Source of the DNA: Pavona decussata
Taxonomy: Eukaryota
Assembly: GCA_977016875.1 (NCBI GenBank)
Contig: CDRNST010000049.1
Coordinates: forward strand, 5,580,001 to 5,644,000
DNA: 64,000 nucleotides
Direction: 5' to 3'
This document shows positions 36,901 to 48,900 of the stretch, in pieces (within the stretch, counting starts at the first letter, position 1; every line of letters begins with the position of its first letter). Below the pieces are notes generated by a model that worked only from the letters and a program-made list of their open reading frames with translations, had not been told where the DNA came from and did no database searches. The position numbers were made by a program, and so were the translations under genes.

Positions 36901-39900
36901 TACATTTTATCCAAAACATAATTAACTTTTATCATAAGTTTTTGATAAGTGACTCCCAAATTTTAACACTATCCTCTTTTAAGTGCTACATTAAGAATTA
37001 AAGTAAAAAAAGTCCACCAAGCTAAAGCTCCATGTTGCATTTTTGAGTAACTAAATTCTGGTTGTAGTTATCCTTCATTTATTGTTTGTGTTGTAGGGAG
37101 CTTGCCTTCTTTTATCCCGACTTTGTGGCTCCTACCGTAATTCAGAAGAGGAAAAAGAAACGTTTACAGAGAACTCTTGCCTTGATAAGACCAGATGCAC
37201 TGCAAACACGTAAAGGTAACTTGATCAGTTCCCTACCATTTTGATGTTATTCTTATTATTATAATAGCTATAAGTAGTAGAATGTGCACTGAGGTTAAAA
37301 CTGGGTAATGAACAAATATTCTTTAGCTGAGGATTCAGTTCTAGTACTGAAAGAAATTCTTGAGGTATCAATATTGAAATCAGCTCACAACATTCGTGAG
37401 GTTGACTATAGTTGTTCTTTAATTTCAAAGGTGTAAATAAGATTTGGACAGTCACCACCTATCCTAAACCACTTTCTTTACTACCTATATTAATATACAG
37501 GAAAAGAGCAAGCTTAAGTTTACTTAAGGATGGTGCCTACAAATAAGGAGGTATTTTTCCATGGTTTATGACTATGCAGGAAAAGCAGATCTTAGCAAAG
37601 CAGGGCAAAAAACTTTTTTTTATTCCACTTGTCCATTGGACGAGTAACGTTCAGATTCTGGTCGTCCGAAAGTTAATTTCACTAGTCCGAAATAATTACT
37701 AAAGTGAATAACAAAATGTCATAAAAAAACGTAGAAATTGTATGATCGGTTTTGTACCAAATCTCGAGTATTTATTTTAACAGTTATTTCAATTTATGTT
37801 GTTCTTTGCACTTTTTAATACAACACCATTTCATACAGACACATCGGGGATCACTCACATTCTTTATACACGACTTGAGAAAATGCAGCACATCTATGAG
37901 GCATTAAAACTGCGATCTAAGATGACTCCTTTGACTCCTCATTGATTCTACCGCTTATTCGCTGTAGCGGCGCCTGCTCTGGTTTTTCTTCGTTTTTAGC
38001 TCATTGAAAACAAAAGTAATGAGAATGACTCTTCTTGGGACTCACAAGAGAATCACGGCGAAAACCGGTGGCGGACGATCCATTGATGCCGACATAAAGC
38101 CGGCTTGCTTTATTGGCTACTGTCGGATACTTGCGGCACACAATGCAGAACATTTCATTCTTCTCCGCGTCAAATTTAACCCAGGGAAATTCTTTTTTCC
38201 ATGTTGGTTGGAATTTTTTCGAATTTGACTTTCTTCATATTTTCTCACTTTCTCACTCTTAAGATGTTCCTCTTTGCTGGAGTCAGGTTTTCTTTTACTA
38301 CCGATTTTCCATACATGTAGGTCAAGCAGATTAGCCGACATCTTGTACACTGACAGTGAAAACGTAGTATGTGATCTGATTTTATTTCGCGCATTTTTTA
38401 GTTGGGTCATGTGACATTTTTAAAGCATCAGCGCCTTTTATATAGCAGAATGGCTTGTAACGTTTCACGTCGTTTAAATTACACTATTAGACTGACAACA
38501 AAGACTTTAAAAGGTTTTATTACTTCTTTAATGATCACAAAACTTGCCACAACGGTAATCGCCTCGTTTAAGTGTCAATGAAGCCTTGTCTCAAATGAGA
38601 TAGTCATTTCCATATATGGTATGTGGATCCCAGTCATCATCGAAACGACAGAACCAGATATTCTCGGAAAACAGAAGCGAAAACGGGTAAGTTGCCATGA
38701 AAAGAGACCAAACTTCGCGAAACTCAGGCTAGTTTACAAAGTCCAAAATACTTGGGAACTCAGACCTCAGTACAAAAGAACATTTTTTTTTACACAAACG
38801 CTACTCGTCGGACAAGTGCTTTTGGAAATCCACTCGTCCGAGATACGAGAGTACTCGTCTCAGATGGGCGGACGAGCGAACGTTTTTTGCCCTGGCAAAG
38901 GCTATTGAAATGCAAAAAGAAAATTGGGGGTAACCACACATTTTTTAGAGACAATTAAGCAACAATCATTTTAAAGAGTAGTAAAATACAAAGCAATATA
39001 TGGTGTTTTTTTTTTCAAAATTGAAGCTTTATTATCTCTAAAAAATGCATGGCTACCCCCAATTTTCTTCTTGGATTATCATACCAAAAGCACTTGCTAA
39101 GTTCTGCTTTCTTCACATAGTTTTAAACTGCGCAAAATATCCCTGTATTAGTAGGCACCACCCATAGGAAACCCGAGTATCTCAAGATGCGCAGAACGTA
39201 GATGTATGCGCAGTAACAAAAGTAGGCTTCGTCCTTAATGTTACTGTAAATGATTGTATGTCAGGCAGGAGGCAGACCAGCTGGCTATTTCCAGGCATGG
39301 TCAAGGGACTTGAACTGGGGAGCTCTGGATTTCAAGTCCAGTGCCCCAAATGCTGAGGCAAACTACCTCCCAGTGGGGCCCAGCAGGGTCCACTATTATT
39401 ACAAAAGTCCATCCAGGTGCACTCTGAGATCAAGTTAATAATTATTGTTATCAATTTGCCATCAGATTCTATACTTGCAAAGATAGAAGAGGCAGGATTT
39501 ACTATAGCCATGTCAAAGGAAATCAATTTGTCAAGGGAGCAGGCAGAATCTTTCTATGCTGAACATAAAGACTCAGATTTCTTTGAGACTTTAGTTACAA
39601 ACATGACCAGGTTTGTGTAATATTACCTAGTTATTGTGTAATAGTTTAAGTTATTAATTGAATGGCTTGGTGTGCAAGAGAGACATTTAAGTGCATGATT
39701 TGCCCTCCAAGTATCTGAATTGATGCAAATCAGCTCTATGTTGGCCTTGCTACATACAGACTTGCAATTCCATCAGTGTTGACAACTCACTGAGTCAAGG
39801 TGCATACATATCATGTACTTAGTAAAGCCGGTGAAACACTAGGCGATTTTGTTAGCCGATTGTGGCAAATTTGTTCAGCAGCCGATTTTCGCCACTGATT

Positions 39901-42900
39901 GATGCAGACACTTGCTGATTTTTTTTGCTGATCGTGACGATGTGGTACTTCAACCTTATATTCCCAGGTTCCAAGTATTTCTGCTATCTGCCATTTTGAA
40001 AAGTTGTGTGATAAAATCGTCTAACTTGATTGGTTGACTTTACTGGCGATTCATAGTGATTTGTGTAGAAAATAGCAGGAACGGGTACACTTGGCCAATG
40101 CCAGCTAAGTTAATCGTTGATATCTGATATTGATTTATACGCCAATTGCGGCAATCAACGAAAATCTCAATGTGCAGTTCCAGAAAATATCCATACCCCC
40201 ACCACGGAGGGAATTTCACATAACACATGTTCAGTATAATTGGTACTTGTTCAATATAATTGGGACTAATTGGTGTTAGTGGTTATCGCCTGTTATCCGG
40301 TGTTAGAGCCAATCAGGTTCATGCTCTTCCATAGCTTCCAGATGTGATAATGTTATCCGCTAACAAGACTGTTAGAGCCAATGAGAGTTTTGTTTTTCAA
40401 TAACAGGATAACACAAATAATAACTCAAGTGTTAGCCGATAATATTAGTCAGTTCCACCAATAACAACTGCTCATTACATCACATCGTTATTTGTGGCTA
40501 CAATAAAGCTTACAAAATTCAAAGTCTGCTAGAGGGCACCAGCATACCTAAAATTGCTCTCCCAAATACATGAGATTTTCGGGAAAAATAGTCCAATTCT
40601 CTTCAGATGTTGTATTCATTGTGAAAATGTTTAACAATACAAAAGGCAAAATGTCTTAAGGATAAGGTGTTGCTCAAAATTGAATTGCGATGAGTATGTT
40701 TGCTTCATCTTCTCCACTAACATTCTACTTCTCCACTGAATAGAAAATAAAGCTGCTCTTGTGAAGAAATCTTTTCTCACTAACAATGGAATGATCGCGT
40801 CAAAAAGATACGGCAACAGGCTTGTTCGTTTAGTCTTTTCCAATATAAAATATTAAAGAAATCTTTTCTCACTCACAAAAAAAAAACGATTGTCACAAAA
40901 AGACACGGCAACAGAAAAGTCAGGATTGTTTAATGTTCTCCAGCATTAGATGTATCTGCCTCTTTGAAGTAGAAACAAACGGCAATAGCGACAACACGAT
41001 ACGGCTACGGAGAAGGTTCAAAGAAAGACCTCTTGTAAGGGGCTTCTACATTGTAAACATTCCTGCACGCAATTATCTAGTGACAAGATAATGCTTAACA
41101 TGAGTGGAGAATAATCACGTTTTGTCGCATTAACTGGGTATTTCCGTGTAACGATTACTCTGTGACGTTTATTTGGAATGAAGAACTGAAAATGGGTGAA
41201 GAAGATTATAGTGAGTCTAGCAGAAAAAGATTCCAAATTGTTGTCTCTTTGCAGCAGGATATGCGATTATACCACAAGTCTTTGTTCGGAGAAATTATCA
41301 ATTACTATTGACAGATAAACACCTGAACGTCTAAGCCATCGTCAGCCAATAAGGGGAATGTTAGTCGCTAACAGAATAACAGGTTTTCCGTTAGTGCGTA
41401 ACCTCAGATCTAATCACCAATATTTAAGCCATAGGACGGAAAAACATGCTAAATGAAGTGTCTACCCTCCTTTGAACGCTGCAAGTCACGACTCAGTTGC
41501 TTGCTTTTAACGAAATATATAATTAAGGGAACGTTAAGTTTGAAGGGCCGTCAGACAGCCAAAAAAATACTTGGGATAAACGGAAGATATCGGCGGTATC
41601 CAAAAACGAACTTTATTCTGACGGTTCATTTGCTCAATTGACATTTATCTGTGTTTCGAATAGAACAAGGAGCGCCAAATGATTTTATTATACAACAGTT
41701 GTTTTTTTGAAACACGAGAGGGGCCGGATATAGCCGAACAAAACGTTCAAGCCAATTTTCGTTTGGCGCCAAAATGCGATCACTTGCCGCGAATCAAGCG
41801 TTAGTGTACTATCAAACGATATGCTTTTGCTCCGGGCATTTTCGAAGACTTTTATTGTCTAATCAATATCGTCAAATTCACGGTTAAAATTTAAGTTTAC
41901 AAGCACAGTGGAGCGTTTTACTTACCCTAGCCGCCGTTTTCCGCGCCCTAAAGCTACGAGCTCTTTCCCCATAACTACAATCCCGGGCTACAATACGTCC
42001 TCTGCTTTTCACTCAAAAGCAACTTTGAGAGTTGTACAATTTTGTTGGCGCTCTTTCTCATGTTGTGATAGTTAGTGATAAACGATTACGACGGCAGTGT
42101 TGGAACGGAAGAAAGTACCCGCCGAAGCCATGCATTGCGTTTTTAAAGTGGCGAAACTGTCCCGTGACGGGCTGGGTGAAGTTGCGAAGTAGGTGCTGGA
42201 GGGGGAGGAGGAGAGGCTTGCACCAGTGACACCGTCCCGTACGGAAAATTCTGGCGAGAAAGCGGCGAGATTTGAGACATAAAAAATCACCCTAATGAGC
42301 GAGACAGAACGTGACGATAATCAGCCTGACGGGAGAGGTAAAAACGGAACGATAAATGAACGGGAACGGAGCGAGGAATTTTCATTTGAATCGCTCAGTT
42401 GTTCCGCTGAAATATAGGGTGCTTTCCACAGTGTTCCATGAACCAAAAATTTTCGGGTTGAATTTTGGGATTTCGGTCTCGATTGTTGGTCGTCACGTGG
42501 TCAGTTTTTGCCCCAGGCTTCTTGACGCCGCTTATCGTATGTGTTCAAACAGTCCGACTGGAAGCTTTTGAATGGAACACGAAAATACCGAAATTTCCAC
42601 TTTTCGGGAACACTGAAACGTTTGTCCAAAATTTTCGAAAATCTTTTCCGGAAAAGATCCCGTTCCATTCGATTCCCACCCGAAATTTTCGAAAATTTTG
42701 TCGAATGGAAAGCGCCCGTGGCTCGCTAAACAAGCTGAATTTCTCTCGCCGGACTCAGTCAGGCCGTATTATGGCCTGACTTATTAAATGTAGGTAATAC
42801 AACACCAAATAATGAAAAAGCACGTACACATTAAGTCAACTATCGTACTTCTCGTGAAAAACTTGTTTATTATAAATCTGGGACATGACTAACATAGTGT

Positions 42901-45900
42901 TTGTCTTTCTCATCCAGGCGGTTGTGCTCTACCCGTGATGTTGTCTATTTGCAACTCTTTGATACAACTGCAAAATACACGGCTATTCGAAAGGCCTTAA
43001 AATCGATTTAGTCTACTGGGTGCCGTTTTGACTTAAAAATTATGACCGAAAAACCGAGTATATAATTTTACATTACCTCATTCTAGCACACTCTGTTACG
43101 CTGTCGCGTCGAGCGCATGTACCTAAACCGCGTAACGCCTTGGAAGTGGCTGGCGGTATTTTGCTGTTACCTTCAAAATATTGATATTGTAAAAAAAGGG
43201 AAGAGTCGCTCAATGTGTGCCGTTTATTTCCTGTAGCTTCCCTTGCTGTCCCAGAAGCTTTTTCCTTGAATAGCTAACTTGATTCGTAAAATTGATTTGT
43301 TTTGTTTGCCGGCAGTCCTTTGAAGTCCTTTTGGTTTGCAGAAACACATCACGCATTCTGAAAAACAACGTAGAAAACGCCGAAAAATAATTTACAGCTG
43401 CCATAATTGTAATCTCCTTTGCAGCTTTTTATCGACACCGTTTGAGCGTCACTGAGGGATTTATTTGAGCACCGCAGCACGTAATAATGTTTGAAGGCTA
43501 AAATAAGTTTAACCATTACATGTAAATGTGCACGCGCTGAAAACGGTTTACAGTTACACCAGAACAACTCCATATGTACGTCAGTTTTCAGCCGTGAATC
43601 GATGTTTTCCATCCTGTGGGAATTCAAGTAATGTATATCAATCATTTTATTATTATACATACGTTTGGGACACTCATGGAGAATATATAAATCTCGCCGC
43701 TTTCTCGCCAGAATTTTCGTACGGGACGGTGTCACTGGTGCAAGCCTCTCCTCCTCCCCCTCCAGCACCTACTTCGCAACTTCACCCAGCCCGTCACGGG
43801 ACAGTTTCGCCACTTTAAAAACGCAATGCATGGCTTCAGTGGGCACTTTCTTCTGTTTCGACACTGCTCGTAATCGTTTATCACTATCACAACATGAGAA
43901 AGAGCGTGCCGCCGAAAGCGAACAAAATTGTACAACTCTCAAAGATGCTTTTGAGTGAAAAGCAGAAGAAGTATTGTAGTTATGGGGAAAGAGCTCGTAG
44001 CTTTAGGGCGCGGAAAACGGCGGCTACTATAGGGTAAGTAAAACGCTCTACTGTGCTTGTAAACTTAAATTTTAACCGTGGATTTGACGATATTGATTAG
44101 ACAATAACAGTCTTCGAAAATGCCCGGAGCAAAAGCATATCGTTTGATAGTACACTAACGCTTGATTCGCGGCAAGTGATCGCATTTTGGCGCCAAACGA
44201 AAATTGGCTTGAACGTTTTGTTCGGCTATATCCGGCCCCTCTCGTGTTTCAAAAAAACAACTGTTGTATAATAAAATCATTTGGCGCTCCTTGTTCTATT
44301 CGAAACACAGATAAATGTCAATTGAGCAAATGAACCGTCAGAATAAAGTTCGTTTTTGGATACCGCCGATATCTTCCGTTTATCCCAAGTATTTTTTTGG
44401 CTGTCTGACGGCCCTTCAAACTTAACGTTCCCTTAATTATATATTTCGTTAAAAGCAAGCAACTGAGTCGTGACTTGCAGCGTTCAAAGGAGGGTAGACA
44501 CTTCATTTAGCATGTTTTTCCGTCCTATGGCTTAAATATTGGTGATTAGATCTGAGGTTACGCACTAACGGAAAACCTGTTATTCTGTTAGCGACTAACA
44601 TTCCCCTTATTGGCTGACGATGGCTTAGACGTTCAGGTGTTTATCTGTCAATAGTAATTAATAATTTCTCCGAACAAAGACTTGTGGTATAATCGCATAT
44701 CCTGCTGCAAAGAGACAACAATTTGGAATCTTTTTCTGCTAGACTCACTATAATCTTCTTCACCCATTTTCAGTTCTTCATTCCAAATAAACGTCACAGA
44801 GTAATCGTTACACGGAAATACCCAGTTAATGCGACAAAACGTGATTATTCTCCACTCATGTTAAGCATTATCTTGTCACTAGATAATTGCGTGCAGGAAT
44901 GTTTACAATGTAGAAGCCCCTTACAAGAGGTCTTTCTTTGAACCTTCTCCGTAGCCGTATCGTGTTGTCGCTATTGCCGTTTGTTTCTACTTCAAAGAGG
45001 CAGATACATCTAATGCTGGAGAACATTAAACAATCCTGACTTTTCTGTTGCCGTGTCTTTTTGTGACAATCGTTTTTTTTTTGTGAGTGAGAAAAGATTT
45101 CTTTAATATTTTATATTGGAAAAGACTAAACGAACAAGCCTGTTGCCGTATCTTTTTGACGCGATCATTCCATTGTTAGTGAGAAAAGATTTCTTCACAA
45201 GAGCAGCTTTATTTTCTATTCAGTGGAGAAGTAGAATGTTAGTGGAGAAGATGAGGCAAACATACTCATCGCAATTCAATTTTGAGCAACACCTTATCCT
45301 TAAGACATTTTGCCTTTTGTATTGTTAAACATTTACAATGAATACAACATCTGAAGAGAATTGGACTATTTTTCCCGAAAATCTCATGTATAATTTTGGG
45401 AGAGCAATTTTAGGTATGCTGGTGCCCTCTAGCAGACTTTGAATTTTGTAAGCTTTATTGTAGCCACAAATAACGATGTGATGTAACGAGCAGTTGTTAT
45501 TGGTGGAACTGACTAATATTATCGGCTAACACTTGAGTTGTTATTTGTGTTATCCTGTTATTGAATAACAAAACTCTCATTGGCTCTAACAGTCTTGTTA
45601 GCGGATAGCATTATCACATCTGGAAGCTATGGAAGAGCATGAACCTGATTGGCTCTAACACCGGATAACAGGCGATAACCACTAACACCAATTAGTCCCA
45701 ATTATATTGAACAAGTACCAATTATACTGAACATGTGTTACATAGGACCCCACCCCCCAGGATTTTCTATTTTCGAGGTATTTTTTTGACCCCCCCACCC
45801 CTTCGGAAAAGTTTCATTTCAAAAGAACTCCTCAAAAATCAGTTTGACGTGAACATTTTAGAAATATCAAGAACTGCCTACACGAGGAGAAAATATGCGT

Positions 45901-48900
45901 TATCGAAGAGTGCGCACACTGTTCAATTTCACCGGTAGAGTTTGCCAAAAAGCTCTTGATACTGAAATAATAATTGTTACCTGTGGTCATTGACATCAAA
46001 CTTTACCATTAGCTTCGCTGAAGATTTTAAATCTAAATTGTTGGAAAAGTCCGGCAATGCAAAAATGTGTTTTCATTTAATTTGCGTATGTCATGTTTAC
46101 GTTCCTATGCAAATTTGTAAGAGACCAAAAGGATTATCGCTTTAGTTCTACTCAATCAATATTTCTCATGGTAATCAATCAGTCTAGTTATTTTAGTCGA
46201 TAGTTTTCCTATTGAATCGGCATAGCTTGGACAAAATAAGCATTAGCAGGGCAGGGAGAAAATTGACCTTTCAGATCATAACTTGAAATCGCAGATGAAA
46301 TGGAGCCGCAAAACGAAATTAGCATGTTCACCTTCTTATGCAAATTTTGTATGAGATCAATAACGCATTAAAAGAATGTTGAATTGGCTCTATTTTGCTG
46401 AATTTTGGCATAGAAATTAAGTTAATAGTTTTGGACTTTGAGTTGAAATACTTTGGACAAAATAAGTTTCAACACGGGTCAGTTTTGACAAACTGATCAA
46501 TTGACTCTGGGAATTGACCTTTGCCCGTAACTTTATACAGAAATAACAAACAAATTATTTCAATGTTTTATGTAAAATTGGGGCTTTCACTTTATAGCCA
46601 TACAAAAGTTTCCCTTTTAAACATTGGTACAAATTCAATTGTAGCCAGTGAACAATATTTTTCTGCTCAAGAAAGTTTCACAAACAACAGTTTTATAATA
46701 ACTGAGTCACGCAACGCAGACAAAGATTTCTTGTCTCACTTGGACTACTTCGCTTACATAGGCTTATCGGAGAAAGGAAGCATGTTTTTCATGTAACAGG
46801 TTTCTTTAAAACAGTTAAACAAAGTTACGTCTTCAAGAAAGATCTACGAAGTTGCTAAGTTGGTAAGTTACAATTTTGAACAATCATGTCTGACATGAAT
46901 GTGAAGTTGACCCTCTGGAAACTTATCCAACCATTCACCCCTCCTCCCCTCTGGAATTTCCTGGGCCATTGACCCCCCCACCCCTCTAGAATTTCCAATT
47001 CCCTCCGTGGTGGGGGTATGGATATTTTCTGGAACCACACAATTGCTGTACAGGCACGCTTGGTGATTTTTGCTAATCGCGGCGATTGACATATTAAATC
47101 GTGAAGTGTGTCACTGGCTTAAGAATCAGTCAATTGAAGAACATTGCCGCTCATATCCGGAGGCTGTCTTTATAATAATGACATATTAAGTCCAGTGAAA
47201 GTAAATATGTGAAATAATTCTGTGAATGTATCTAACTTTGCAGTGGTCCAATGTTGGCTTTGTGTCTGGCTCGTGAGGATGCTGTTGAGGGTTGGAGAGA
47301 AATGTTGGGACCAAAGGAAGTATCAGTAGCTGCTGATCAGGCTCCAGATAGGTAATGTAACTTCTACCTAGTGCCAATTAAGTGGATCGTGGGTGTGGCA
47401 CTTTTTTTTCCCTTGACTTTTAATGAAGATTTCTTAAGATATTGCATTTTTCAAGAAATTTGTTAAAATACCAGTGTTATTTAAAAATATGAAATTAATA
47501 TAATTATATTCAAAGAAAGTGAAGACATTACACTATTTTGTAAATAATAATTATAATTGTAACAGTCCAACCTCCTGTAAGCAACCACCCAAAATGTCAA
47601 ACATAAGTAGTCACTCATGGGAGGTGGTTGCTTATGAGAGGTCAAACCACAGGGAGTCTAACTTTTCAGTCATTTCCCTGTGCTTAGTTCAGGGGTACAA
47701 AATTAATGCGTGCTTGTATAACCCAAGGATAACTTAAACTTTGGCACAGTACCGTTGTAGAAGTGATAAAAACATTTTAAACAATTTAAGTGATGTCATG
47801 CAGAATGATTGCTGAACCAAGAACAGTTAATTCCTTATTATTTACTTAATGCGGTGTCTGTTCTTTTATCGATCGTGAATTGTCATAACATTGTCAAAGT
47901 AGCTGTGCACACCGACTGGATCTGCAGACTGTCCCCTTATATTAAACCACCGCTTTGAACCTATGTACCAAAGTATGACAGTTCAATGGTCTCAACACTG
48001 AAACCAAAGATATCGCTCAGTTTATGGCTTAGTTTATGTGTTCAAATGTACTAAATTATTTACGAATTAGCCCCCATTGTAAGTTTGGGTCATCTGTTAG
48101 GTGGTCTCTTATGGGAGGTTAAAGGCAATAGAAAATTTAAAACCTTCAGCCCAAAAAGTGGTTACAGTTAATCATTTGTCTCACAATTGAGTCACATAGA
48201 TGTGGATCGTGACGTTTCGATTTGACCAGGAAAATTGTGGTAGTTTGGAAAAGTGGTCGTATTGATAGTTTGCATTTTAATCGTAGTCTAAGGCATCAAT
48301 TCCAAGTGGAGGACAGTCCTATAAATCCGTTACATGGATCAGATTCACCTGAGGCAGCAGAAAAAGAAATACAACACTTTTTCCCTGTTCAGTCGACTGT
48401 AGCAGTTATTAAGCCAGAAGTTGAACCTGATAAGAGAGGTTTGTAATGAATTTAAGTTAGTAATATTTATGAGTTAAGTAATAAAGAAGGGAATTTACTA
48501 TTAATGCTTTTAAGGTTTCATAATTGTAACATCATTGGTTTTATGCCATGCATTTAGCTGATCAAGTTAAGGCTCATGTATTGAAACAAAGTTGTTTGGT
48601 TTACCAACAGAGTTGATGAATAAAGATAATTGGCCACCATTAGCCAGCCCTTTACTCTGACAAAGGGCGAACGCTCGAAACAACTCCGCTGATAAACCAA
48701 ACATTTGTTTCTACTCTCCACTGATGCAGGACTGCAGTTTCAATCTTTTAAAACTAATCCCCTTAACTGAGGCCATTGTTTTGTGTAGTTACTATTGACA
48801 GTTTCAACCAGTCAAAGGCAACAGTCAGTCTATACACCACCAGTGTGCACTACATGCCTTCAGACTCATACAATTATTTAATAGTTTACAAATTACCTTT

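Larger units (their letters stand above)
40171..47041. mobile_element. TGT-terminated (Ginger-like) element, second level of the nest
   Basis: TGTGCAGTTCCAGAAAATATCCATACCCCCACCACGGAGGGAAT / ATTCCCTCCGTGGTGGGGGTATGGATATTTTCTGGAACCACACA. Confidence 0.8.
39826..47119. mobile_element. Harbinger-like MITE (outermost of the nest), TAA TSD
   Basis: taa|AGCCGGTGAAACACT...AGTGTGTCACTGGCT|taa. Confidence 0.7.

Noticed and set aside
40631-45328. Pairs of identical ORFs on opposite strands
   Set aside because: By-product of the inverted arms; short and with no recognisable protein motifs.
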